DNA of 64,000 nt from an uncultured Gemmatimonadaceae bacterium (GTDB lineage: Bacteria; Gemmatimonadota; Gemmatimonadetes; Gemmatimonadales; Gemmatimonadaceae): NCBI GenBank assembly GCA_963761305.1, contig CAVXGK010000002.1:3200001-3264000 (forward strand), given 5' to 3'. Below the pieces are notes generated by a model that searched no databases, was not told where the DNA came from, and was given only the letters and a program-made list of their open reading frames with translations. Below, one piece after another: positions 31,554 through 42,053 of this stretch. Within the stretch, counting starts at the first letter, position 1. The number at the start of each line of letters is the position of its first letter. The position numbers and the translations under genes are program-made.

Positions 31554-34322
31554 CTACCACTTCCAACCGAGCGGCGGCGTGATCCCTTCTTCATCCGGCT
31601 CGCCGGCGCTTGCAGCGGCGGCCGGCTTGAGGATGTGACTGATCTGCTGCCGAGCGTCGTCGATGTGGCGCTTGGTCGGCACGTCGGTCGCGCGCTTCGC
31701 GGCCGACGCGAGCTCTGCGTCGAGCGTCTTGAGTTCGCCGCGCAGCATCGCCTTGATCTCGCCCGTGTTCGCCGCGGGCCCGGCGCCGCCACGACCACCG
31801 CCTCCACCGCCGCCACGACCACCGGCAGCCGCGCCGGCAGCGGGCGGATTCAGCTTGTTGCCCACGTCCGTGAGATACGCGCGCTGCACGCCGCGTCGAT
31901 AGACGTCGATCTTCACCGGCGCCGTACCGTAGAGCTCCGTCCACACACCGCGTCGCAGATCGCTCAACATCTCGGTGAGCGTGTAGACGTCCGACGAATT
32001 CTTCGCCAGCGCCTCGTCTTCGATTAGGCGCGTGAGCTTGCCGTCGTTGAGCAGCGCGTTGATCGCCGCCGACTGCGCGCCGGTGATGCGCGTGACTTCA
32101 CCGTCCGGCTCGATCTTGCGCAGAATGTCCGTGTCGATGAGCCACGTCGGCGTCTTGAACGAATTGTCGGCGAGGAACTTCATCGCCTGCTGCTGCTGCG
32201 CCTTCGGCACTGGCGTGAACCGCACGCCCGGCTGATCGCCGTACTTCTCCTGTGAATTCTCGCCGCCGACCAGGTTGGCCACGTGGCCGAGCTCCGTGCG
32301 GTACTGCCCGATCTCGCGGTTGTACAACTCGGACAGGACTTCGAAGTCGTCGGTCGGCTTCACCGTCGCCGATTCGATCCACTGCATGTTGCGCTTGAGG
32401 TTCTTGAAGCCGAGGTCCGTCGCGCGCACCGGATCGGCGTCGCCAACCGCCTCGGTCTCGTCACCCGGATCCGAGCCGAACGCGCCGCTCGTCGAGAAAC
32501 GGAGCCACGGCTTCGAATCCTGCTCGCGTGCCCACTGATCCAGGGTCGTGCGTTTCGCTTCGGCGGCGCGAATCAACTCGGCGCCATTGTGCGACGTGGC
32601 GCCCTGCTGCGCGACCGCCATCGGCGTGGTGATCGGCGCGTAACCCCAGTGCGTCGCCCAGATGTCGTACGGACCGATGCGCGGAATGAGCAACTCGGCC
32701 GGAACGTGATCTTCCGGTTGGACTACGTAGTTAAAACGCGAGTAGTCCATCAGCGTCGCGACGTGACCCATGCGGCGGAGGAAATCCGGATTGCGAATGC
32801 TGTCGAGCGGATATTCGGAGCTCGACTTCATGTTGTGCTGGAACCCGATCGTGTGTCCGACCTCGTGCGCGAGCACGTACTCGAGCAGGCGGCCCATCAG
32901 GGAATCGGGGTACGGGAACGTGCGCGCGCGCGGATCGGCCGCAGCGGCCTGCGTGAAGTACCAGGTGCGCGCCAGGTTCTGAACGTTCTGGTAGAACTGG
33001 ATGTGCGCTTCGAGAATCTCACCCGACCGCGGATCGTGAACGTTCGGACCGCTCGCGTTCTCGGTCGTCGACGGGAGCCAACGTACCACCGAGTAGCGCG
33101 CATCTTCCGGCGACCAGTCGGGATCGTTCGTCGGCGCGTCCTTGGCGATGATCGCGTGGCTGAAGCCCGCCGCCTCGAACGCCGGCTGCCAATCTTCGAT
33201 TGCCTTCTTGAGCCACGGCCGCCACTTCATCGGCGTGTTCGCGTCGAGATAGTAGACGATCGGCTTCACGGGATCGGAGACCGCCGCGTTCGGATCCTTC
33301 TTCTCAAGACGGTAGCGTGTGATGTAGCAGTGCGTGTTGCTCGCCATGCGCTGGTCGTCGCCCGCGTAGTCGGTCACGGTGAGCGAGAAGTAGCCCACGC
33401 GGTTGTCGCAGATGCGCGGCTCCATCGGCACGTCGGGCAGGCGATGGAAGCTGTACGCCATCACGATCGTCGCCGTGGGCGAAGTGAAGCCCGCGCCGCC
33501 ACGACCGGCACCGCGTCCTCCGCCCGCCGCCGCCGCGCCGCGACCGCCGGCGCCCGACTGCAGCGTCAGCGTCGAATACACGTTCACGTTGTCGGGGAAC
33601 GCCGACGAGTGCTCGATCCACGAACGCGTCGCGTCGATCGTATATCCCGCGCCGATGCGCTGCGCCGGCGAAAGCTCCGTCGGCGGCTGCGTGAAGAGGC
33701 GCGACACGTCGATCACGGCCGAGCTGTCCGCCCCGTACGCTTCGACGTTGAAGATCGCGAGGACCGGATGGACGTTCGACGCGTTCACCGCGCCGGCCAC
33801 CGGCGACAGCGTGTCGCTCGCCATGATCTCGTTCGAGATGCCGCGAAGCAGCACGCGATTGTCGCGTCGCTCGAACTGCAGCACGCGATTGCCGGCCGCC
33901 TGTCCGTCGTAGCCGGCACCGAGCGCCGTCTGCGCGATCTCCTGAACGAGGAGGATGTCCTTGTTCATCTGGCTGCGCGGGATCTCGAACAGCAGGCGAT
34001 CGCCGACCTTGATCGTCTTGAAGAAGCCGGTCTTGGTCTGTGCCTGCGCCGTGACGACGCGGTTGTACGGCTGCGGATTCGGGGCGCCGGCCTGAGCCGC
34101 GGCGTTGCCGCCTCCACCTCGTCCGCCGCGCCCGAAGCCTCCGCCGCCGGTCGGCGTTTCGCCGGAGTCGGTCGGAATCGTGGTGGGCGTCTGTTGAGGC
34201 GCTTGTCGTGTGGTGGCGCTGGGCGCCGGAGTCGGCGCCGGCGCGGGTGTCTTGGTGGTGCAGCCGATCGCGACGACTGCCGCAGCGGCGGATCCCAAGA
34301 CGAGGATCGAGCTCGTTCGCAT
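31554..34322 (-). CDS. Large zinc-dependent metalloprotease lipoprotein (DUF5117/DUF5118/EcxA-like)
   Basis: Lipobox VAIGC, DNRVGYF, KPIVYY, DPRSGEIL, HEVGHTIGFQHN zinc motif, LMDY, IGPYDIWA. Confidence 0.9.
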   Translation of the reverse strand: MRTSSILVLGSAAAAVVAIGCTTKTPAPAPTPAPSATTRQAPQQTPTTIPTDSGETPTGGGGFGRGGRGGGGNAAAQAGAPNPQPYNRVVTAQAQTKTGFFKTIKVGDRLLFEIPRSQMNKDILLVQEIAQTALGAGYDGQAAGNRVLQFERRDNRVLLRGISNEIMASDTLSPVAGAVNASNVHPVLAIFNVEAYGADSSAVIDVSRLFTQPPTELSPAQRIGAGYTIDATRSWIEHSSAFPDNVNVYSTLTLQSGAGGRGAAAAGGGRGAGRGGAGFTSPTATIVMAYSFHRLPDVPMEPRICDNRVGYFSLTVTDYAGDDQRMASNTHCYITRYRLEKKDPNAAVSDPVKPIVYYLDANTPMKWRPWLKKAIEDWQPAFEAAGFSHAIIAKDAPTNDPDWSPEDARYSVVRWLPSTTENASGPNVHDPRSGEILEAHIQFYQNVQNLARTWYFTQAAAADPRARTFPYPDSLMGRLLEYVLAHEVGHTIGFQHNMKSSSEYPLDSIRNPDFLRRMGHVATLMDYSRFNYVVQPEDHVPAELLIPRIGPYDIWATHWGYAPITTPMAVAQQGATSHNGAELIRAAEAKRTTLDQWAREQDSKPWLRFSTSGAFGSDPGDETEAVGDADPVRATDLGFKNLKRNMQWIESATVKPTDDFEVLSELYNREIGQYRTELGHVANLVGGENSQEKYGDQPGVRFTPVPKAQQQQAMKFLADNSFKTPTWLIDTDILRKIEPDGEVTRITGAQSAAINALLNDGKLTRLIEDEALAKNSSDVYTLTEMLSDLRRGVWTELYGTAPVKIDVYRRGVQRAYLTDVGNKLNPPAAGAAAGGRGGGGGGGRGGAGPAANTGEIKAMLRGELKTLDAELASAAKRATDVPTKRHIDDARQQISHILKPAAAASAGEPDEEGITPPLGWKW

Positions 34323-34487
34323 AGTACAGCCCTGATTTTGGAGGAGGCCGGGGGAGGTACCTGTCCCCGAATTCGTTCTGCTCATACCACGAACGAACTG
34401 GCTCCCCAAACCGCTGAAACGCCAGACCCCTGGATCAACTTGATCCAGGATCCAGGGCGCCCCGATTCGTCGGAAGGAGCTACCGGT

Positions 34488-37202
34488 CTAGCCGCCGCGA
34501 AGGACGTCCATCGGCTCGATCCGCGCCGCGCGGCGCGCCGGGAAATAGCTGGCCACGACCGCCACCACCGCCAGTAGCGCCACGACCCCGCCAAAGGCGA
34601 TCGGGTCGGACGCGCTGATCTCGTAGAGCAGGTGCGTAAGGAGGCGCGTGGTCGCCAGCGCTCCCAGCACTCCGACGGCCGCGCCGACGATCGCCAACGT
34701 GACGCCCTGCCGGATCACCAGGCGAACGATGTCGGCCGCCCCCGCGCCCAGAGCAACCCGGATGCTGATCTCACGCCCACGCTGCGCGACGAGATACGAG
34801 ATCACGCTGTACACACCCAGCGCGGCCAGAAGCAGCGCCACGACGCCGAACACCCCGACGAGCGTCAGCATGAAGCGCTGGGTCGTGACTGAGGCGGCCA
34901 CCGCGTCATCCATCGTCGCGAATCGCGCCGGAATGTCCGGATGGGCTCGGCGCAGCTCCCGACGCATCGTGGCGAGCGCGGCCGCTGGCGCCGACGTGAC
35001 CATCACGACGGAGAACTGACTCCCGTTTCCGGGGCGTTGGCGATACGAGCCGTAGACCATCGGTGTCGCGTCCGTCGCCGGCCCGCCGTCGTGCACGTCG
35101 CCGACGATGCCGACGATCGTCATCGGCGTGAGATCGCCGTCCATGTTCCCGAACTCGATCACCTTGCCGATCGCGCTCTGATTCGGCCACTGCGTCTTCG
35201 CCAGCGACGCGTTGATGACCGCGACGTGCGGCGTCGTGCGGCGATCGCGGTCGTCGAAAAGGCGGCCGCTCACGAGGGGAATCCCCATCGCCTTGAAGTA
35301 GTCGCCCGAAGCCGTGCGATAGTCGGCTTCTCCCACGCGCGATTTGTCCTGGTAGAGCCGCTCGAAGTCCGAGGCCTGAAGCTTCTCGGCCGCACTCTCC
35401 AATACGAGGAATGCACCGTCGGCGCCGCCGCCGGTGAGCGGCGGGTTGCTCACGCCGCCGACAGCGGTCACGCCCGGTGCGCTTCGTGCGAGCGCCATCG
35501 CATCGTCGATCAGCTGGTCGTTTCGGGCGACTCTGTCGTCGTCCGATGCGACCTCGTGCAGGGACGGTTCGGAAACGAGCGTCGCCATCGCGACGCCGTG
35601 TATTCGGAACCCCGCGTCGGTCGTCATGAGACGCACGAAGCTCCGGCCGAGCACGCCCGTGGCGACCATCAGCACGACCGTCATCGACAGTTGCACGACG
35701 ACGAGCGCGCTGCGCATGCCGTAGCTCGCCGCGCCGCCGCCCTGCGAGCGTTGCGACTGCGAGAGCGCTGCGCGTAGATCGCCGCGCATGCCGCGCCAGG
35801 CCGCGACGAGTCCCAACGCGATCGCGGCGAGAATCGACACGCCGATCGCGAACAGCATCACGCGCCAATCGACGCTCAACTCGGAGATCCGTGGGATCAG
35901 CGCCGGTCGCAATGCGAGCAGCATCTTCACCCCGCCGAACGCCAGCGCGAGTCCGCCGATACATCCGAGCAGCGACAACAGCGACGCCTCGACGAGGAGT
36001 TGCTGGACGAGACGCGCGCGTCCTGCGCCGAGCGCGACCCGTACGGCGAGCTCGCTCTCGCGCGCCGCCATGCGTGCCACGAGCAGGTTCACGACGTTCG
36101 TGCACGCGATCAGCAGCAGCACCGCGGACGCGCCGAAGAGCAGCAGGAGGATCGGCCGAATCGCGCCGACGATCTGTTCTTGCAGCGATACAACTCCGCC
36201 GTCGACCGTGATCGTGGCGTCGCCGACTTCGGCCTTCAGCCCGCGGAGCACCGTCGACAGATCCTGACGCGCCTGATCGAGTGTGACGCCCGGCTTGATG
36301 CGCGCCAGCAGTTTCCAGTTTCCCGCGGTGTAGCTGGGCAGCCTCTTCTCGGTCTCACGCGGGAAGAACACGTCGGTCTGCGCCGGATACTCCAGGCCTT
36401 TGGGCAGCACACCGACGACCGTGATCGTCGACGGGCCGCTCGCCAGCCTCGCGCCGAGTGCGCGATTCGTTCCACTGAAGAGGCGCTGCCAGAGCGAGTA
36501 GCTGATCACCGCCGCCTTCGGTGCGCCTTCCTGCTGTTCTTCTGCGACGAAGAATCGGCCAGCCGCGGGCTTCACGCCGAGCACGTCGAAGTACTGCTTG
36601 GAAACCCACGACGCCGGCAACCGTAACGCTTCACCGTCGTTCGACACCGTCACGGCGTACGAATTCATCTCGGCCACCGCGGAGAGCGATCGATTGCGCA
36701 CGGCGATCGCCTCGAACGTTGGGTCGGCGAAGTTGTGCAGCACGCCGCCCTTGGCGGTCAGCCCCGTCACCTGAACGAGTCGGTCCGGCGCCGGGAAGGG
36801 GAGCGCCTTGAGCAGCACGCCGTTCACGACACTGAACAGCGCTGTCGTCGCGCCGATGCCGAGGGCGAGCGTGAACGCCGCCGCGAGCGAAAATCCGGCC
36901 GACTTTCGAAACTGACGAACGCCGACGCGAACGTCCTGAACGATGCTCTGAATGCGCTCCGACGTGTTGATGCGCTGCATGTGTGCTTTCTCCATGTCGA
37001 GACAGTACGTTCGCAGGTCGTCGACGTCGCCGAACCGTCGCAGTGCCTCGGCGCGCGCTTCGTCGTACGGCACGCCCGCGGCGATGAGGCGCGCCACGCG
37101 AGCCTCGACGTGAAATGCGACTTCGTCGTCGAGCTCCCGCGCGAGCCGGTCAGCCGTGGACGGAAGTCGAAAGACGCGCCGGATGCCGGTGGGACGACGC
37201 AT
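34488..37202 (-). CDS. Duplicated MacB/FtsX-type ABC permease (ADOP-like) with N-terminal prefix domain
   Basis: LALGIGATTALFSVVNGVLL, LLIACTNVVNL, REISIRVALGA, PARRAARIEPMDVLR. Confidence 0.92.
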   Translation of the reverse strand: MRRPTGIRRVFRLPSTADRLARELDDEVAFHVEARVARLIAAGVPYDEARAEALRRFGDVDDLRTYCLDMEKAHMQRINTSERIQSIVQDVRVGVRQFRKSAGFSLAAAFTLALGIGATTALFSVVNGVLLKALPFPAPDRLVQVTGLTAKGGVLHNFADPTFEAIAVRNRSLSAVAEMNSYAVTVSNDGEALRLPASWVSKQYFDVLGVKPAAGRFFVAEEQQEGAPKAAVISYSLWQRLFSGTNRALGARLASGPSTITVVGVLPKGLEYPAQTDVFFPRETEKRLPSYTAGNWKLLARIKPGVTLDQARQDLSTVLRGLKAEVGDATITVDGGVVSLQEQIVGAIRPILLLLFGASAVLLLIACTNVVNLLVARMAARESELAVRVALGAGRARLVQQLLVEASLLSLLGCIGGLALAFGGVKMLLALRPALIPRISELSVDWRVMLFAIGVSILAAIALGLVAAWRGMRGDLRAALSQSQRSQGGGAASYGMRSALVVVQLSMTVVLMVATGVLGRSFVRLMTTDAGFRIHGVAMATLVSEPSLHEVASDDDRVARNDQLIDDAMALARSAPGVTAVGGVSNPPLTGGGADGAFLVLESAAEKLQASDFERLYQDKSRVGEADYRTASGDYFKAMGIPLVSGRLFDDRDRRTTPHVAVINASLAKTQWPNQSAIGKVIEFGNMDGDLTPMTIVGIVGDVHDGGPATDATPMVYGSYRQRPGNGSQFSVVMVTSAPAAALATMRRELRRAHPDIPARFATMDDAVAASVTTQRFMLTLVGVFGVVALLLAALGVYSVISYLVAQRGREISIRVALGAGAADIVRLVIRQGVTLAIVGAAVGVLGALATTRLLTHLLYEISASDPIAFGGVVALLAVVAVVASYFPARRAARIEPMDVLRGG

Positions 37203-37206
37203 GGCT

Positions 37207-37539
37207 CTACGTCGCCTCGAGGATCCGTCCGACCGCGCTCGCGTAGCGGCGCCACGTTGCAGTTTCCGCCCGCAGCTGCGCGCGCCCGCGCGGCGTGAGC
37301 GAGTAGTACTTCGCCTTGCGGTTGTTCTCGGAGACGCCCCACTCCGATTCGATCGCGCCCGCGTCCTCGAGCCGGTGGAGCGCCTTGTACAACGCGGCGT
37401 CGACGATCACGAGATCGCCGTCGCCGTGTCCCTCGATCCATTCGCTCACGGAATAGCCGTGGAGCGGGCTCAAGGACAGGGCTTTGAGAACGAGGATGTC
37501 GAGGGTGCCGTGCAGCAGATCGCTGGCGTCGCGGGGCAT
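37207..37539 (-). CDS. PadR-family transcriptional regulator
   Basis: [43 protein letters not shown]. Confidence 0.93.
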   Translation of the reverse strand: MPRDASDLLHGTLDILVLKALSLSPLHGYSVSEWIEGHGDGDLVIVDAALYKALHRLEDAGAIESEWGVSENNRKAKYYSLTPRGRAQLRAETATWRRYASAVGRILEAT

Positions 37540-37548
37540 TGGATCTTC

Positions 37549-37565
37549 CACTAACGAGGTTGGTG
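37549..37565. promoter_or_regulatory. Putative PadR operator CACnAAC-N3-GTTnGTG (copy 1)
   Basis: CACTAACGAGGTTGGTG 9 nt before the padR start; matches the site at 54366. Confidence 0.7.
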
Positions 37566-37614
37566 CAAGATCTCGTACGGCGTTGGACGCCGCCAGGGTT
37601 CAATTGGTTTGATT

Positions 37615-37651
37615 GGTGGACGGGTGGACGGGTGGACGGGTGGGCGGGTGG
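37615..37651. repeat. (GGTGGACG)-type octamer array with G-quadruplex potential
   Basis: GGTGGACGGGTGGACGGGTGGACGGGTGGGCGGGTGG next to the methyltransferase stop. Confidence 0.85.
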
Positions 37652-37653
37652 CC

Positions 37654-38664
37654 CTAACCCACGCGCCGTGCGTACAGCTCGAACCAGGGAGCGACGGAGG
37701 GCTCCCGACGCGCGCCGGCGAGCAGCAAATGCTTGAACGCCAATTCCTCGGCGCGCGCCCATGGGCGCGTCCACTCGTCGGCAAGTCGTGGAAGGACGTC
37801 TCCTTCCACGTGCACGATCCTGAATCCGCTCGCGCGCACCAGTCGGCTCAACGCGCCAGGAGTGAAGCCGAAGCGATACGGGAACGACAACAGGTTGTTC
37901 TGCGCCAGCGTCGAACGCGCCAAAGCGCGGCGCAGGCGGTTCGGGTTCGTGAGGTCGCTGCGGAGCCGCGCGTACAAGCCGCCGTTCGGGACGCGCAAGG
38001 CCAGGATGCCGCCCGGGCGAAGGATCCGCCATGCCGCCTCCGCCGCGGCGCGCGGGTCGCCGAGCTGATCGAACGTGTTCCAGATGGCGACGGCGTCGAA
38101 GAGCCGGCGCGCACGGTACGTCGCGAAGTCGCCGTCCTGCACGGCGAAGCCGAGCGACCGCGTGAACGCGTTGACGGCGGGACTGACATCGAGCCCCTCG
38201 AAGCGCATGCCATCCTGTCGAGCCGCGGCCAGAAACGCTCCGGCGTAGCTCCCGACCTCGAGACCGTCACACCGGCGACCCAACGTCCTCCGTAGGCGTC
38301 TCGCTTGTGAGCGCGCGCAACGGTACTGCGCGGTGTGAAGCGATCGCAGCACGTCGGCCGTCGGCGAGGCACGACGATACGCGTCGACGATCTCTCGCGT
38401 CGGCTCGGCGGGACTGCGGTAGACGAGCCCGCACTCGCGGCACTTCACGACGCGGAGCGGCGGATTCTCGGAGAAGGTGACCCGATCGAGCAGTCTGGTC
38501 GCTGGCGTATCGGGCCGAAGTCGTCGCGCGTGATAGGCCCAGAGCGCTTCGATTTCGTCGCGGACGCTTCGGTGGTCGGCGATCAAATCGTTGTCCGATT
38601 CGCCGCAAACGATGCAGCGACTGGCGTCGGCCGGCGAAGACGGGAGCGGAGACTTGGGCTGCAC
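37654..38664 (-). CDS. Class I SAM-dependent methyltransferase with N-terminal CxxC...CxxC
   Basis: CIVC...CREC, LEVGSYAGAFL, FDAV, ILRPGGILALRVPN. Confidence 0.85.
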   Translation of the reverse strand: MQPKSPLPSSPADASRCIVCGESDNDLIADHRSVRDEIEALWAYHARRLRPDTPATRLLDRVTFSENPPLRVVKCRECGLVYRSPAEPTREIVDAYRRASPTADVLRSLHTAQYRCARSQARRLRRTLGRRCDGLEVGSYAGAFLAAARQDGMRFEGLDVSPAVNAFTRSLGFAVQDGDFATYRARRLFDAVAIWNTFDQLGDPRAAAEAAWRILRPGGILALRVPNGGLYARLRSDLTNPNRLRRALARSTLAQNNLLSFPYRFGFTPGALSRLVRASGFRIVHVEGDVLPRLADEWTRPWARAEELAFKHLLLAGARREPSVAPWFELYARRVG

Positions 38665-38799
38665 GTCACATCAGGGGTGCAGGGCCGGTGCCCATCCGGC
38701 GCCCGACACCGGGGCGCGTGGCCGGAACGCGCGTGAGTCGATAGGCTACAACCGATCCCGCCCCGGCCCGCTCCTCATCTCATTCGACCGCTCTGCGCC

Positions 38800-41700
38800 A
38801 TGAAATCTCCCACTCGTCTCGTCGCGTCTTTCGTCGTGTCCGCCGGGCTCGCGAGCGCGACCGCCGCGCCGCTGATCGCGCAGGACTCGCTCGCTCTCGC
38901 CGGCGTACACTGGCGCGAGATCGGGCCGTATCGCGGCGGCCGCTCCGTCGCCGCCACGGGCAACCCGTCTCGACCGAATGAGTTCTGGATGGGCACGACA
39001 GGCGGCGGCGTCTTCAAGTCGATCAACGCGGGCCAGTCGTGGGCGCCGGTGACGGACAACTATTTCGGCGGCACGATCGGCGCGATCGCGGTGTCCGCGT
39101 CGTCGCCGGACGTCGTGTACGTGGGCGGCGGCGAGTATCCGATCCGCGGCAACGTGTCGCACGGCGACGGCGTGTGGAAGACGACCGACGGGGGCAAGAC
39201 GTGGACATTCAAGGGTCTCGCCGAGACGCGGCAGATCGCCGACATCGTGGTGAACCCGACGAATCCCGATCTCGTCTACGTCGGCGCGCTGGGGCACGTG
39301 TGGGCGCCGAATCCGGAACGCGGCGTGTTTCGATCGAAGGACGGCGGCACGACGTGGGAGAAGATTCTCTTTCGAAACGACTCGACGGGCGTCGTCGACC
39401 TCGTGATGGATCCGCACGACCCGAACGTGCTGTACGCCGGGCTTTGGCAGGCCGGACGCACGCCGTGGCTCCTGTCGTCGGGCGGAAAGGGCAGCGGCAT
39501 GTTCAAGACGACGGACGGCGGCGACCATTGGACGGAGATCACGCGCAATCCCGGCTTGCCGGAAGGCATCTGGGGCAACATCGGCATCACCGTGTCGGGA
39601 GGAAACTCGAATCGCGTCTGGGCCAACATCGAAGCCGATTCGGGTGGCGTCTTTCGCTCCGATGACGGCGGCGCGACGTGGCAGCGCACGAACAACGATC
39701 GCAATCTGCGGCAGCGCGCGTGGTACTACACCAAGATCCACGCCGACTCGAAGGACACAAACGTCGTCTACGCGAACAACGTGTCGTTCATGAAATCGAC
39801 CGACGGCGGGAAGACGTTTCGTACGGTGCGCGGTGGCATGCACCACGGCGACTCGCACGACTTTTGGGTCGACCCCAAGGACAACCAGCGCATGATCGAG
39901 TCCGACGACGGCGGTGCGGAGGTGAGCGTCGACGGCGGGAAGACGTGGTCGGACGAAGACTTCGCCACGGCGCAGTTCTATCACGTGATCGCGACGAATC
40001 ACTTCCCGTATCACATCTGCGGCGCGCAGCAAGACAACTCGACGCTGTGCGGTCCCAGCCGGGGCAGCCTGGACGTCTCGGATTGGCTCGAAGCGGGTGG
40101 GGGCGAGTCGGGGTGGATCGCGTCGCGCGGCGACGACCCGGACGTCGTCTACGCGGGCAGCTACGGCAACCTGCTCACGCGGAAGGATCTGCGAACCGGA
40201 ATCACGGTGAACGTGAATCCCTGGCCGGACAATCCGATGGGCCATCCGGCGATGGATTTGAAATACCGATTTCAGTGGACATTCCCGATCATCGTGTCGA
40301 CGCACAATCCGAACGTCGTGTACGCCGGGTCGAACGTCGTGCACAAGTCGGTGGACGGCGGCAGGAGCTGGACGGTGATCTCGCCCGATCTCACCTACCA
40401 CGATCCGGCGACGCTCGGTAACTCGGGCGGTCCGCTGACCAAGGATCAGACGTCGATCGAGTACTACGGCACGGTGTTCATCATCGAAGAGTCGCCGGTC
40501 ACCGCGAATACGATTTGGACGGGCTCCGACGACGGGAAGGTCTATCTCACGCGCAACGGCGGCGTGAAATGGACCGACGTGACGCCGAAGGACATGGCGA
40601 AGTACACGCGCGTGTCGAGCCTCGACGCGTCGAAGTTCGGCGAGTGCATCGCGTACGTCGCGGCGAACCGGTTTCAGCTGGACGACGACAAGCCGTATCT
40701 ATGGAAGACCGCCGACTGCGGCGCGCACTGGACGCGCATCGACGGCGGAATCGCGCCGAGCGAGTTCACGCGTGTCGTGCGCGAGGATCCGGCCAAGCGC
40801 GGCCTGCTCGTAGCCGGCACCGAGCGTGGCGTGTGGTACTCGACGGACGACGGCGCGCACTGGGGCAGCCTGCGGCTCAACCTGCCGATCGTCCCCGTGC
40901 ACGACCTGGTCTTCAAGGAAGGCGATATCGTGATCGCCACGCACGGACGCAGCTTCTACATCATGGACGACGTCACGACGCTGGAGCAGATGAGCGACGC
41001 GATCGAGGCGTCGAACGCCCATCTGTTCCGCCCGCGCGATCAGTATCGGTTGGCGACGGGCGGCGGCTTCGGCGGTGGCGGCGGGCGCGGCGGCGGTGCT
41101 CCCGCGCAGGTGACGCCCGAGAACGCCCCCATTCATCCGACCGGACAGAATCCGCCAGCCGGCGTCGTCGTGCAATATTGGCTCGGCGCGGCGAACGACA
41201 CGGTTGCGCTCGACTTCCTCGACGCTACGGGAAAGCTCATTCGAGGATACTCGAGCAAGCCGGACTCTGCGGCGCAGCCGGCGCAGCCGCCCGAAGACGG
41301 CTTTTTCGGGCCCGCGCCGGCGCCGCGCGTGCCGAATCAGCGAGGCGTGAACACCTTCGTCTGGAACATGCGCTATCCCGACGCGACGAGCTTCCCGGGC
41401 ATGATTCTCTGGGCGGCCGGCGTGACGGGACCACTCGTGCCGCCAGGCACGTATAAGACTCGGCTCAGCGTGAACGGCAAGCCGATCGCGACGGAAACGT
41501 TCAAGGTGCTGCCCGATCCGCGCATCAAGGCGACGCTCGCCGATTGGCAGGAGCAGTCGCGACTCGCGCTCGCCGTTCGGGACCGCTTCTCCGAGGCGAA
41601 CGATGCGGTCAAGGAAATCCGCCGCATCAAGTCCGAGCTGGCGGATCGCGAGAAGAAGCTGGCGGCGGGCCAGCTCCCGCAATTCACCACCCTCTCGACG

Positions 41701-42006
41701 CCGTTCGCGGCCGCGCTGTCGGAGGTCGAGGACTCGCTCTACCAAACCAAGAACCGCAGCGGCCAGGACCCGCTCAACTACCCGATCCGGCTCAACAACC
41801 GCGTCGGCGCGTTGCTCGGCGTCATCCAAAGCTCCGACGGGCGGCCCACACAGCAGAGCTACGACGTCGATAAGCTGCTGACGGTCGAGCTCAACAAGGA
41901 TCTCACGAAGTTGCGCTCGACGATTGGTGCGGACCTGCCGCGGATCAACGCGATGCTGCGCGCGGCGGGACTCAAGGAGATCGCATCGAAGGGGCCGGTC
42001 GCCTAG
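38800..42006 (+). CDS. Secreted BNR/VPS10-repeat glycosyl hydrolase-like protein
   Basis: Signal peptide, WREIGPYRGGR, many SxDGGxTW Asp-box repeats, C-terminal helical tail. Confidence 0.9.
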   Translation: MKSPTRLVASFVVSAGLASATAAPLIAQDSLALAGVHWREIGPYRGGRSVAATGNPSRPNEFWMGTTGGGVFKSINAGQSWAPVTDNYFGGTIGAIAVSASSPDVVYVGGGEYPIRGNVSHGDGVWKTTDGGKTWTFKGLAETRQIADIVVNPTNPDLVYVGALGHVWAPNPERGVFRSKDGGTTWEKILFRNDSTGVVDLVMDPHDPNVLYAGLWQAGRTPWLLSSGGKGSGMFKTTDGGDHWTEITRNPGLPEGIWGNIGITVSGGNSNRVWANIEADSGGVFRSDDGGATWQRTNNDRNLRQRAWYYTKIHADSKDTNVVYANNVSFMKSTDGGKTFRTVRGGMHHGDSHDFWVDPKDNQRMIESDDGGAEVSVDGGKTWSDEDFATAQFYHVIATNHFPYHICGAQQDNSTLCGPSRGSLDVSDWLEAGGGESGWIASRGDDPDVVYAGSYGNLLTRKDLRTGITVNVNPWPDNPMGHPAMDLKYRFQWTFPIIVSTHNPNVVYAGSNVVHKSVDGGRSWTVISPDLTYHDPATLGNSGGPLTKDQTSIEYYGTVFIIEESPVTANTIWTGSDDGKVYLTRNGGVKWTDVTPKDMAKYTRVSSLDASKFGECIAYVAANRFQLDDDKPYLWKTADCGAHWTRIDGGIAPSEFTRVVREDPAKRGLLVAGTERGVWYSTDDGAHWGSLRLNLPIVPVHDLVFKEGDIVIATHGRSFYIMDDVTTLEQMSDAIEASNAHLFRPRDQYRLATGGGFGGGGGRGGGAPAQVTPENAPIHPTGQNPPAGVVVQYWLGAANDTVALDFLDATGKLIRGYSSKPDSAAQPAQPPEDGFFGPAPAPRVPNQRGVNTFVWNMRYPDATSFPGMILWAAGVTGPLVPPGTYKTRLSVNGKPIATETFKVLPDPRIKATLADWQEQSRLALAVRDRFSEANDAVKEIRRIKSELADREKKLAAGQLPQFTTLSTPFAAALSEVEDSLYQTKNRSGQDPLNYPIRLNNRVGALLGVIQSSDGRPTQQSYDVDKLLTVELNKDLTKLRSTIGADLPRINAMLRAAGLKEIASKGPVA

Positions 42007-42053
42007 TCGTCCGGTTGAGCCAGCGAGCAGCGACCATAAACGAGCAGGCAATT

